Of a stretch of DNA of 64,000 nt, positions 12,460 to 24,890 are shown in pieces; position 1 is the stretch's first letter; every line of letters begins with the position of its first letter. Below the pieces are notes generated by a model. It was given only the letters and a program-made list of their open reading frames with translations, did not search any database and was not told the DNA's origin. Location of the stretch: NCBI GenBank assembly GCA_050084985.1, contig JBITNC010000001.1, positions 5,084,001 to 5,148,000 on the forward strand, written 5' to 3'. A program made the translations under genes and the position numbers. This stretch comes from Nageia nagi (lineage: Eukaryota > Plantae > Pinophyta).

Positions 12460-15400
12460 GTAAGAATGTATTTTTTCTTTCTTTCAAGTTAAAACTCTGT
12501 ATTGTTCTGCTACGGCTTTAGTCTTTATTACTTATTTTTGCTTTAAAGATCAATACAACTTAGTAGTAATCTATTTTTAGTGTCTTCTGTTTCTTTGGGG
12601 GAGGCAAATGATTTGAAAAGTGAAATTAGGAATTTATGGCGAAGACATTTAGGCTTGGTGAGTATTTTATTTAGCATAAAAATCATTTATTTGAAAAATT
12701 ACAGGGAAGTCTTTACACAATTCTAGTTGTAATATCTGCATGTTCTTATCAATCAAGTTTAGGAATTTGTTTTGTGTTTGTATCATCACAAATCTATACC
12801 ACCAATCTGGTTTTAAGGGAAAGGACTCCAGAGCCTTTTTTTCAAACCACTTCATGTACAACTTAGCCACAATAAGTGATAAAGGTGAACCCACTGCTAC
12901 CACATGGACCTGTTCATTGAACTCCTTTTGCTGGTGGCCTCTAAATAAAGCCTCATTTACATAGAGTTTTTGTGTAAAAAGATGCAACACCAAAAACTAT
13001 CAATGTCCCCATCTTTGACCTTTTGATTCTTAATCTTGCTAACAAAATGTTCTAAGTTTTCTAGTGAACAGCTTTGTATGACCCACCAAATGCTTGAGTT
13101 TTTATTCCACCAGATACTTTGCAAGCTCATTAGTTGTAATTTTATGGTGTCAACTATAAGATCAATGTGGATTCCTTCTTTGTGAATTTTTGGAGTCCCA
13201 TATATTCTTGGCACAGTAGTCAATTCCAACATTAATCTTCTCTTGGTATTATTATCCAACAACGACTCTTTGATAGCTTTCTTTACTTGGTCGGCATTTT
13301 TGTATCCATTATTTTAGCATGGTATTTGTGTGCCTCGAGAACTACTACTGCACTCCCTTTGTTAAGCATAGCGAAGTTTGGTACATTCTTAAGCTGTTTT
13401 ATTTTCTCATTTGGAAATACATCTCCTTGGTGGTGTATCTTTCCTTAACAAGTTAACACCCTAATGCCTACCGTCTTAAAGAACATTTTCAACAAATTGT
13501 TGGGTAAAGACTTGAAAATTGCTTTACTGCGACATATTAACGTTTTATATGGTATGTAATTGTTACTGACTGTAAAGTTAAGACCTTTACCCAGAAGCAT
13601 GGTTGCATGGTGATTGAGCGTAATGTTGGAGAGACTGACCCATACCATCAAACTTATAGTTAGTCCTTTTTAATTTACTAGGATTCACATAAACACTATC
13701 TCTAATTTCAATATCACTGTTACTATCATTAGCAATAATTTTATTTTGTTTATGGCCAAATACAAAAATTGAGTTATAACTAAAACTGGAGGAGACAACG
13801 TTAAATATTATTTTACATAAATGAATTTTTTGAATCAGGGCTTGCTTCCTCTTTGAAGCATGATACTCTACTGATGTCTTTTTGGACACCGGTATGGTTA
13901 TATCTTGTTTGTTTGTCTTGTTTCTCTCCTTGCTACCCTATGTGAATGTCTTCATCTATGTTCTCACCTTCATGGGAAGGTTCAGCTGGAAGTCATTGCA
14001 GTCAAATCTGCAAGGAGAGAATAGTTAGGAATGACCAAGAGTGGTGTCTTACTTGACACCTCTATTAACTACTCACCAGGCAAGGAGCTCCAATTCGAAT
14101 CTGGTCAGGTTACATCAATGTCCTCATCAATGGCCTTATGGGTGCATGCTTCATCCTGGTCATCACTTTGCCTTTCATTACCATTGTTTGTGAGCTCAAC
14201 ATCCTGTCTATTATTCTAACCCTTCATTGTAGCTCAATCTACCATCCTTATGCCACATACAATCATGTTAACATGGTTGTGTTCACAACTTGCACACGTG
14301 AAAGAAAGAAAAATATATATATTAATGTCCACGTGTGACCAAAAGCGGTCAATGGGATTGGATCATAAAAGAGTGGTGAAGTAGCAATCAAGGCCCAAGA
14401 TATTCCCACTAAAGCTAAAATTAACTAAAAGATACAATAATGGCTCGAAACCTTAGAAGTAAGAAGAAAATACAAAAAAGGAACATTATATTGCCGAGGT
14501 CGGTCAAGAAGAGTCTGCTCAAGTATGAGCTAGGGGAGAATGTGATGAGACTCTCAATGGTGTTGTCATGATGGGATGTCCTTGATCTTTGGAATTTGAG
14601 CCCGTATCAACTCTAAAGAAGGATGTAATTTGTCAAGTCCTTGAAGGAATATGGGTATCACGCAGGCACCTCCTAGTATGTCGGATAGGGGGGAGAGGGT
14701 CATCTCTCGCCCTTCTACGAGACCCCTCATCCAAGGAAGTTTGGAAGAAGAATGTAGTGTGGTGGTCTTTGCTCGCATGCGGGGTATGAGATAGTAGGGG
14801 TTTCTGAAGAAGAAAAGCTTTTCATAAAGAAACCGATTCATGAGAGTCTCGAAATAGACAATGGTACCATCCTTGAATCTCATAGTAGATTGCACATTGG
14901 AAGATGAAAGGGTCCTCTCAGATTCAGTCTCTACTGAGGACAAGTGACAGACTCTAAGCTCACGAGCTGGATGGTGATCTGTCTTAATCTGCAACTGATG
15001 TGAGCAAGCCTGGAATTGCAGTTGAGCAAGCCTGGAATTGACTGAGAAACATCCTCAAGTCAAGAGGTAGGTGAAAACTGATATATGCGGGGATGAGGAT
15101 CAACCCTTTGTCAATCTGAATGAATGAAGTGCTGGGAGTAGTTGAGTAACTTGGGCGTGAGGGGCTTCTAAGGAGTGACCCAAGTGCTCTAGATATTTGC
15201 TTTGTAAATCCTGAAAACATGAAAGTTGTCAAGAACACAAAACTGAGGCATCTTACCTTTCTTACTAGGAGTCTAGGTGTTGTCAAGAATCTCGTGGTCA
15301 TATTTCTGATGTTGCATGTTGTTTTCTTAGAGTTGTTACTTTTATTTTCAGTATCCAAAGAATTGGCTTCTTCCTCATTTCCTCTGTTGGTTGCATTAGT

Positions 15401-18400
15401 GTTAAGCATGATCATTAGTTGTTCAGGTGAATTGTGTTCATGGTTAACAGGTTTAGAGGTATCTCCCTATCATAGCAAATTGTTCTATGATGAGGGAGTT
15501 GGTGCCAAATCGTTCATGAAATTGTTGGTCTGATTGTTTTAGCCTAGGCTTACAAACCTGAAGTATTTGTTGGCATTTTCTGTTCTCACAATTGGGAGGC
15601 CAATTGTGGAGAATGACCAGCATTCCTAATGCTGCAAATTTCGCATGTCTCGTGATTCGAGTCTTTACCCCCAATTCCACTTTAGCAGTCTCTTCTTTCT
15701 ATTATGCACCATGCCTCCTGATATACTCTACTGGCTATTTTGATGTGAAGAAATGGGAGGATTTTAGGGATACCATCTATTCCTTTTCTTCTTGTTTTCA
15801 AGTTGTAAAGCAATGTTGGCCCTATTTAAAATGTTCTTGCACCTGACATCATTATAAGGGTATTTTTGTCAGCTGAAATCAGGTAAAATTTGTTGATCTG
15901 GGCATCTTTTCAGGAAGGATAGATCTGTAAGAAGAACACCTATCTTTACTCTGAGATACTCGAAACTCTAAATCTCTTTGAGGAGATCCCTTCCATAGGG
16001 AGATTTTCTCTGTCAAAGTTTTGACAAGTGAAAACATTTGGATCAAACCTTTTGGTTAACTTGCATTGAGATTTAGAGGATTAGTGTTTTGGGTCCAATA
16101 TGTGGGATCCATCATTAGTATTGAATGACAAAAATGTAGATATTCCTCCCTTCCTAAGTGGAGAAGTACCAACTCTAATTCCTGTTGTTTGGATTACATT
16201 TAATCTCAATAGCCTCTTTAATTTTCCTTCTTGAAATTTGTTGCATCTGGCCAATGCTTCATCATTTTCCATGTGTATGTGGTGTTTATTCTTTCTCACA
16301 TGGTTGCAGGTCTGCACGATGGTCTTTTATTCTAGCTTATATAATTGGCACAATGTTCACTCCTGGCATTAATCTTCTTTTGGTATGTTCAGCCAACAAT
16401 GATCCATTATTTGGCATGGTTTTCCTTATGCATCCAGAACCACTATCGCATTCCCTTTGCCAGCTCTGAGTATGACCACTTGAAATATCATTAAAAAAAT
16501 TCAGGGCGGAACCCAGACAACTTTAGGGTTGGAAGGTTTATTTGAGCAATTATGGGGAAATATTTTTAACATGTCTAACTGTAAATTATTTATTTTTAAA
16601 ATCAAAAGCAGGAAATTATTTGTTTGTAAAATTATAATTAGAAATTTGTACAACCAAAATATTTATTTTGAGGAATTTAAAGGATTATAGCAACAAGATA
16701 GTTATTGAAGTATTTTTGATGAATATTATCAGGTTGGTTTAGGAAACTAAAGCTGTATCAATCTTGAAGGATGGACTTATACTGATCTAGCAGTAATTCT
16801 CTTGGTTATGTAACAATTGATGACAGAATTTTAGGTTTGGTTTAGAAAACCACAACTGTGTTAAAAGCATAGCGATGGCATGACACAATCATAGCATTAA
16901 CAATGAAATTGAAAAAGGGGTTGGTTTAGAAAATTATTATCGATTCATATTTACATGGAGCAATTTACATGATTGTGGGAGTAAAATAAGTTTTTCAAAT
17001 TTCAAGTAACGCTGCAAGCAACTGTATTTGTATTGATATATTTTTTTAAATTATGTTTATAACAGATCAGATTTTGAATAGAATACAATATTGGATTTGT
17101 GATTTTTCAGTTTGTTCATTGACTTTTCTGAACATTAGATCAGTTCTGTAGTGTCGATAAGAGTCAGTGGCAGTAGGGTGACCTTCCAATTTAAATGTAT
17201 ATTTTCAACTTAGTTTAAAGCATTGCAATTAATAATTGGCACGTGCTTCGAATTCTATGAATGTTGAAACCTTATCTCACATTCAATGCTATATTTCTTC
17301 TGTTCAGGAGTCTTATATTAAGGATGGGATCATTAAAAGGAAAATTAGGGGCTATAAGTCATAGCAGCGGCAAAATGAATAAGAGTTCATATACAAAAAT
17401 ACTGTTTAGCATGGAAGCAAAACCACAAAACTTGAATTCTTATAGAAATACTGTATATAAGCATACGTACAAAAACATTTGGAATTTGAATCTTTCAGGA
17501 TATAATGCCTACAAACTTTAAACATACACCACTAAAAGACAAAATATATACAGGAAAGAGGTGCACAGTAATTGGCACAAGGATTTAGGGTATGGAAGGG
17601 TTGATTTTCACTCAGAATAGACATTATGATTTTTGCACCATTTGCGAGCTCAGTTCTTGCCCTAAATTCAAGAGCTTGTTAAGAGAAAATAATGTAACTG
17701 ATGTCTAGGTGTCCAATTATATCCTTACTATTAGAAATTCTCCATTCTTTGCCCTTTCTCTATCAGTGCCGTATGATTTTGTAAGAAGATGTTCTTCACA
17801 TGTTTGTGGGGTTAATGTTGTTTTTTAGAGTTATCTAAACAAAATATGTTTGTCAGGGCTTTCTCAAGTGCATAGTAACCATCCCTGCAAAAATCCTCCT
17901 CTTTCATATTTAAAACCCAAAGGTTTTAGGGACTTTTGATGCACATAAGAGAATCTGTCACAACTGTTTTCTTTTTATCTTGATAATCAATTTTGAAATT
18001 GGCATTTAGTGTTGCAAATCAATACTTGCTATACCATAGAAATGCACAATAGGTGTATTGAATCTGCACTTGAAGCAAATAAATTTATGCTTACTTCTGA
18101 AGGTAGCATTTTATTGATGTGGTCTGTTCTGGAAGGAAGTTTTTGGTTTGTTGAACAAATGCATTGTAGACAAAAATATTTAGTAGGTATTAAAATTGGT
18201 TCATTTTGTTGCAATATATTCAAATTTAGTTTGTGCATTATAAGAAGTAAATACTTTTATCGCTGTGACAACCAGGGAATGCATTGTTATTTTTTAACAT
18301 TGCTACCAAAAGTACCCAAAATATGGGTCCTTTTTCACAGCTATTTTGGCATCTGCACTTTCTAAATGTGATGTATCAACAGCAAAATTGTTGCACCATA

Positions 18401-21400
18401 CAACAGAGTAGATTCTACTATCTCAGTGTAAGAGTAATTGACAATGTGTTTTTAGAGAAGCATCTGCAAATTGAGAAATTAATATGTATATAGTAAATTC
18501 ATAATATGTTGGAATGTGTGTATTAGATTTTAAATCCTTGTGTTCTTAGGCAGAGAAATTTTATGATTTGCACAATTCAGATAAATATTTAACCAACTAA
18601 AATTTGTATATGCATTTTAGAAGTAATTTAAGCAAAATGTATAGTCATGTTGCGCATGTTTGTGTGAGAGAGAGAGACCTTTATACTAATTTTCTCATGC
18701 TGAGATCTACTATGCAGGCTGCAATGGATTCAGATCATAAAGTCTCACAAATTGAAGGTGAGTATGATTATGACCCTTTATTTTTCTTTTTCCAGACTGA
18801 CACTGTTAACATTGTCATAATCAGCAGTGTTTATTCCATTGTATTGTTTTACCAATAGGCTAGTGAGGGTTTCCCTTAGTGTTTAGCTACACATTTTTAA
18901 TATTATTTATGAAGAGAAAAAATGGGCACAATAAGACTTGTGGATTGTATCATCATTTAATTCTTTCATGGAGTTGGCCTCAGGAAGGCATTTTAAGCTT
19001 CAGGTGAATGATTTGAGCTCTTTACCATGTGTGCCATTATTTGGTTGGAAAAATAAATATCTCGAGCATCAAAACTTCTGTGACAATGTCAGGCTTGTCT
19101 AATATCTTCTGTAGATATGGGTGAATGTGGTATACAAGAATTGAGTGTATTTATTCACTTTAGTTACTTTATCTTGGGTTAGAATCATTAGCTTTTTAAT
19201 GTTGGGTTTGTCCTCTATTACATGCTTTTTATTATTATTATTCTCTTCCATACAGATATTTTATTCAGTGGCTCTTCAAGCATGGCTTGGTGACTTGCAC
19301 TATAATGTTGACAGAAGGTCTTGCATGTTCTTGCAGAATCAAATTTAGAGGTATTTCCACCTAGCAATTTTCAAGGAGGGACATGGGGTTATCGACCCCC
19401 CAGTGACCTTGATGGTATGTGTTGATACTGTTATATCCTCTTAACACATTTTTATCTTGTTTTTTAGGTGAATGTCCATGAAATCTCGCAAATGTAGTAT
19501 ACCTTTGAGATGTTAATGGAAAATCTGTTATCAGCAAATTTTCATGTAGGGATAAAAGACTTTGAAAAATTTCTGATTCCTCCTTGTTCACTTCAGATCC
19601 CTGTGTTTTTTTTTTGCTTGTCATCATTTTATTTCAAAAATGACTGCAATTTTTAATCTATTTGTCTTCCATTATGATTTCAATTTCTGTGGCTGTATAT
19701 CACTAACATATGTAAGACATTTATTCAATGCATCCTTAGTTTTGAAGCAGTAATATATTATCTAAAAGGTTCTTTTATTTCCTGAAATCAGATTCATTTA
19801 ATGAACTTGTTGCAGGAGGTGAACGTAATCAACAACCACAAGGTGGATGGAAAGGATTTTTTAGCATTGCATCATACAGGCCGTACTTCAATGTTGATAC
19901 ATATGATGTAGGTGAAAGAATTATGGGTACATTTTATCCTCACCGTGGAGATTTTATTGAAAAGACTCAACATAACCCAGATTTGTAAGATTTATTGCTT
20001 GTTTTGTAAGAATTACATTTTACTTAATTGCTGTTTTACATTGTATTATATCTGTATTTTTGTTTCTTGATCGAATGAGTTTGTATTACCCTGCTCCATT
20101 TCTGCGAGGATTTGGATATGCTTCTGAAGATTTTCTTGATTTATTTTTCAGTGAAATCATTTTGTATTCACCTAGATTTTTTTTTAAATTGTTCTATGTA
20201 ATAGCTATAATAATACACTCAACAAATAAATTTAATTCAAATGTCAAAGTCTTGTTATATGATTGCGATTTGTTTTGGTATTCTGTTTCCTAGAATGGTG
20301 ATTATTGTTGTAGCCAAAAAATAATTACAATGTTGCAAGATTTATGCCAAACTGTCTTTTCACCTGTAGACTCTCATTTTTTCTTCACCTTCTCTTTATT
20401 CATGTACTTCTGTCATCCTTGCTCAAGTCTGATTCTGGTTTGCCTACTGGATTTAAGAAAGGTGATCTTTCATTTGTTTATTTGTTGAAAAGGGTTTTAA
20501 TACTATGTGATCAAGGACAACAGGAATAATATAAAAGAGTGTAGTGGTTGAAAAGATGGTTTTGGTGGAAGAAGCCTGAAGATTTGCACAACAGAAGAGA
20601 ACCATGTTATGTTTATTTCCATAGATATATTAGGTAAATGTATAAGGGTGTTGTGAAATTTTCTTTACTTCCAAGGTACTAAGAATTAACTTATTAAGTT
20701 ATGGTGCAGATGCTTTTCTAGGTGCAGAATTATGGCAAAGTACACCAGTTTACTTTGGCACCATTTTTGTTGCACTGCTGCAACTACCTTAGAATTTATT
20801 TAGGTGCCCTTTACTATGAAAAGCATCATTTAGTTTTATTTATCTGGATCACAAGCCAAGAATTTCAGGCTAACTTGCTTTTTTAGCAGCATATTTGGAT
20901 TGATTTAAATATTTCTTATTAACAAACAAAAGTGTGGTTGGCCTTACCTTATTGTTCATGATCTGCTTTACTTTATTTTCTTTATTAATCCCAATTTAAT
21001 GTTTGTGGTGCTAGTGGTCAGTATTGTGTACTTCACAATAGAAATAAGCAACATAAGAGATCTCCCTTTCTTTGCACTGTTAAGACAAGTTACTTTAGAA
21101 ACCAAGTTCTTATCATTTTTGTTTAAGTTACGGGGAACTGATGGTTATGGAAGTTTTAATATCCTGAATGCCTGGATACTTGTATATACAATGTGTTGTA
21201 TCATTGAGAACTTAAACCTGTCTCTTTTGTGAGATGAAGATAAGTTATAAGCTCTGTGTGTCTTATCTTTTGTATGATTTCCAAGTTTATTCCATTTGTC
21301 TAGCATCTTGTTTATGGGATGGACTTCCCAGCAAAGCTAAGAAATCAATATATAATGGCTCTATGTTTCCAGTTTCCACTATTTCCATTTTCTGCATTAG

Positions 21401-22495
21401 AAGCCTTAAAATTCGCTTCCAGAAATGATGACCTACAGATGTGAAGATTTGCGTGTTTGAGATGGTTGCATTGGTTGAACTCATAGATAGTAATTGCTTT
21501 GCAGATTCCAGAACTATCAGACAAATAGAAACTGCTGCCAAACAGCTTGATTTGTGATTTTTTTTTAGCAACTGTGGGTTGGATTTTAAAGAGGGTGTTT
21601 TGTATTGTATTGTCTCTGTTTTCCAATCTTATAGGAATATCTACAATGGGAATAGTCACATTTTTCACATGCTATTAAGGATGGCTGCATGATGTGTAAT
21701 AGGACCTGACAACTACAGATTGATTATCTTATACAAAATCAACTGTGCATCAAAATTAGATCAGTCCTACATTCTTACTCTTTTTCAGTTCTTTTCTGGA
21801 AAAAGGTGACACTCCCATTCCTTCTGTTTATAGTGTCTTTCTCCAGGTCCTTTAGTATTTTCAAGTTCTGTTGTCAAATCACTTTTCAGATGCACTGTCG
21901 ATAATTTATTGAGCCTTATCAGGTGATGCAGGTATGGGCCTGTTTGGATTTCAACAACTCTCGTTTTTGTGGTGGCAGCACTGGGGAATTATGCTTCCTA
22001 TTTGTTTTCCACTCACAGCAAGAGTACTACTGAGTGGCATTATGACATCAATTATGTGAGTTGGGCTGCATGCGTGATATATGGGTACATTTTTTTGGTA
22101 CCCCTTGGATATTATTTCCTTCTCCAGTTCTTGGGCATGTCAACAAGCTTTGTGCAGCTTTGCTGTCTCTGTGGATATTCTCTTTTCCTATTTATTCCAT
22201 CTTCGGTATGCCTGCCTTTTTGTACTTTGCTTTGTAGATAAGTGCTACACAATTTATTCTCTTCAAGTTTGTATTGACTCTTATTTCTGTCTGACAGTTT
22301 CTCATGATCTTTCCAACTGAATTGTTAAGGTGGATTGTCATTATTCTTGCTGGCTTTGCTTCAGCATGCTTCATATCACTTAATCTCCGAGCTTACATAT
22401 TGGGCATTAGTGACAAGTGGACGACAACAGTGGTTACAGCATTTGTTATACAATTATGCTTGGCCCTTATGATCAAGCTTTGTTTCTTTGCATAG
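12406..22495 (+). CDS. Yip1-domain integral membrane protein (YIPF1/YIPF2-like), 6 coding exons, 278 aa: join(12406-12459,18718-18757,19337-19414,19792-19984,21932-22205,22298-22495)
   Basis: All introns are GT-AG and the phases are compatible (837 nt including stop). The translation MAGEYSSLPTSHLLGSVP...ESNLEVFPP...WKGFFSIASYRPYFNVDT...NPDLYGPVWISTTLVF...CGYSLFLFIP...LRWIVIILAG...LNLR carries the plant Yip1 motifs (PDLYGP, GYSL, LRW). Confidence 0.92.
12760..14100 (-). mobile_element. Decayed Penelope-like element (Dryad-type): ORF N-terminus and RT, truncated after motif C
   Basis: Frameshifted pieces: SLSNITL..LLGKGLNF (PLE N-terminus), NKGSAVVVLE (ADKG motif), PRIYGTPKIHKEG, VAVGSPLS..AKLYMKWFEKKALESFPLKP.WWYRFV(D)DT. 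Confidence 0.85.
14300..16150 (-). other. Unassigned ~1.8-kb insertion with ORF remnants (possibly LINE ORF1-derived)
   Basis: GC-richer block between the PLE pieces; minus-strand ORFs 14984-15415 and 14566-14994 followed by a T-rich UTR-like tract; weak FDP...NLP...LLKEI resemblance to L1 ORF1. Confidence 0.3.
16150..16480 (-). mobile_element. Internally deleted Penelope-like fragment: RT N-part joined to GIY-YIG endonuclease C-part
   Basis: The minus strand reads VILRAGKGNAIVVLD, then ARIKDHRADL...KHHIHMENDEALAR...RKIKEAIEIKCNPNN, which resembles the PLE endonuclease C-terminus. Confidence 0.7.
18718..18757 (+). CDS. YIPF1-like exon 2 (AAMDSDHKVSQIE)
   Basis: TGCAG| acceptor, G|GTGAGT donor, phase 0 to phase 1. 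Confidence 0.8.
19337..19414 (+). CDS. YIPF1-like exon 3 (ESNLEVFPPSNFQGGTWGYRPPSDLD)
   Basis: TTGCAG| acceptor, G|GTATGT donor; conserved SNLxxFPP. Confidence 0.85.
19792..19984 (+). CDS. YIPF1-like exon 4 (DSFNEL...WKGFFSIASYRPYFNVDT...HNPDL)
   Basis: AATCAG| acceptor after a pyrimidine tract (an in-frame alternative lies at 19816); TT|GTAAG donor. Confidence 0.85.
21932..22205 (+). CDS. YIPF1-like exon 5 (YGPVWISTTL...GYSLFLFIPSS)
   Basis: TGCAG| acceptor, TCG|GTATG donor; overlaps ORF 21969-22241; hydrophobic TM segments. Confidence 0.9.
22298..22495 (+). CDS. YIPF1-like exon 6 (FLMIFPTELLRW...LCFFA*)
   Basis: GACAG| acceptor; ORF 22304-22495 ends in TAG. Confidence 0.9.
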   Translation, partial: FLMIFPTELLRWIVIILAGFASACFISLNLRAYILGISDKWTTTVVTAFVIQLCLALMIKLCFFA

Positions 22496-23369
22496 ATGAA
22501 GCAGGTTTAGATAAGAACTTTGGGCTAACTTGCATATTTTGTATGCTTTTTCAAAGTTCCCAATTCTCAGCATGAGGTCACGATATTTTAAGGCACATAA
22601 AGTAGTATTTGATTAAATACAGCTTCTTGTCTGTTGGATCTACTAGGATAAAGGTTCTGTTGCTTAACATATAACAAGTTAAATGCTGTATCCTTAATCG
22701 AATCAGTAGTTAATGGGAATTTTTGGGCTTTTGGAAAGATTCAAATGGATGCTAGACATTCCCATTGATACAGTTGATCATTGACAGACATTATAATTTG
22801 CTCTAACCATTATGTACAACGATATAGTTTGAATCTGAATGAGCGCTTGTAAACTTTAAAAAACTACTTTTATATAACTTGCCAAAGTTTCATTTCAAGG
22901 ATTACAAGTAGGGAGGGCCCTTCACTAAATGGCTTATTTTGGTGGAAGCTTCCTAACTGAAAATAGGTGAGATTATGCCTTATGTTTGGCATGGATACAA
23001 TTTTATGTATTTTGTCTTCATTATAGACGTTGATTTAGGAGATCAATTTGCTCTTTTATATTCATTTTCATGATTGTAAATACATTTGTGAGATTATGCC
23101 TTAAAGCGTTTTTATTTTAAATATGTTGATATTGACTTAGGAGATCAAATTCTTTTATAGGTTCATTTTTAAGCTTCCTTTTATCTTGCATAATAGATTG
23201 TACCCTCAGGTTAATGCTTGAAAAGATGCATATGTATGATGATGAAGATGAAGATGAGCTAAAAGGTGAAGAAGTTGATTATGCTTTTATGAGTTTTTTA
23301 TTTTGAACTTTTTGTTATGAAAAAACATATTTTAATGATGTTTGATACAAACCATAAAAGAATAAATTA

Positions 23370-24890
23370 GTTATGTTGAAAATAATAACATTTGGGAGCT
23401 TGTAAAAAGAACTAAGGGAAAGAAATGTGTGAGTTCCAAATGGGTCTAAAATATTAAATATAACAATGATCGGAAGTATTTAAAGGTGTAAAGCAAGAAT
23501 GGTGGTTAAGGATTTCACACAAATGTATGACATATATTATAAAGAAACTTTTGCATCTATAGCTAGGCAATAAACAATAAGAACAATGCTTTCATTGATT
23601 GTTCACAAACATTAGATCAAACCATGTAACACACCTGGGTTGAATTCATACATCTATCATAGGTCTAACAAGCGAATGGTTCATATATTATTTAGATGTA
23701 AAAAGTGCATTCTTGGATGGATACTTAGATGAAAAATTATATGTACAACAAGTTTAAGGTTTTGAGGTTAAAAGAAAAAAAAAAATGTGTACATGTTGAA
23801 GAAGGATTTATATGATCTTAAACAAATTTAAAGGGTTTACTATGCTAGAATTGATGGATACTTTCATCAAAGTGGTTTCAAGAGGAGAAAAAGTGAGCCT
23901 CCTCTATATTTAAGAAAGAAGGTGATGACATTTTACTAGTATGTTTGTATGTTGATGATTTGATTTATATGTATAGTAATTGTAAATTAAATGAAAGTTT
24001 TAAGTTTGCCATTATGAATGAGTTTGAAATGAAGGATTTGAGATTAATGCACTATTTTCTTGGCATGAAGGTGCATTAAAGTAAAGATAAGATTTTGATT
24101 TATCAAACCAAATGTGTAAAGGATATCTTGAAAAGAGTATGGTATGGACAACTACAAAATTAATCCTAACTCCCATTACTCACGGTGAGTTGTGCAAAGA
24201 TTGATGGGGTTGAACATTGTTGGAAGCTTGATGTTACTAACAAATAGTAGGCCATATATTGCATATGATGTTTCATTGATTTCTAGTTTATATATGAGTG
24301 AGCCATCTGTATTGCATTTGAAGGTTGCCAAACATATTTTGAGACATGTTTTAGGAATTGTTGATTTTGGAATCCATTATTTTCATATCGAGGAGATGGA
24401 GCTAATTTAATGATTATGATTGGGGAAGCAATTTGGATGACAAAAAGTTTACATTAGATAACTATTTTTCACTTGGATTAGGGTTGATCATTTGGAGTTC
24501 AGGGAAACAAAGATCAATGATATTTTCTTCAACTAAGGTTAAATATATAGCTCTTACTTTAGCTGGTGCACAAGCATTATGACTCAAAAGATTGTTAGGG
24601 AGAAACAAGTGAAAAATAGAGTGGTTTTACAACCATATTTCATGATAATATGAGTGTTATACATTTGAAAAAAAATCACATCCATTATAATAGGTCCAAT
24701 CATTTTGACAAAGTATCATTTCATCTATGACATGGTGGAAAAGAAAGAAGTTGAATTGAGTTATTGTAGCACACATGAACAATTAGCAAATCTATTCATA
24801 AAAGGTGTGGCTAAGGTTAAATTTCTCAAGATGAGAAACTCACTTGTGAGCCCTCTAAGCATTAAGGGGAAGAATATTGGAATGTGATGT
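23370..24890 (+). mobile_element. Ty1/Copia RT-RNaseH relic (pseudogenised), PPT near 24863
   Basis: Remnants NNIWELV, YKETFA, LDVKSAFLDG, LYVDDLI, EFEMKDL, HLKVAKHILR, EQLANLF; AAGGGGAAGAA then an LTR-like start. Confidence 0.85.

Noticed and set aside
13944-13976. Functional hammerhead ribozyme
   Set aside because: The CUGANGA and GAAA boxes and stem II are not intact; kept only as a possible relic.
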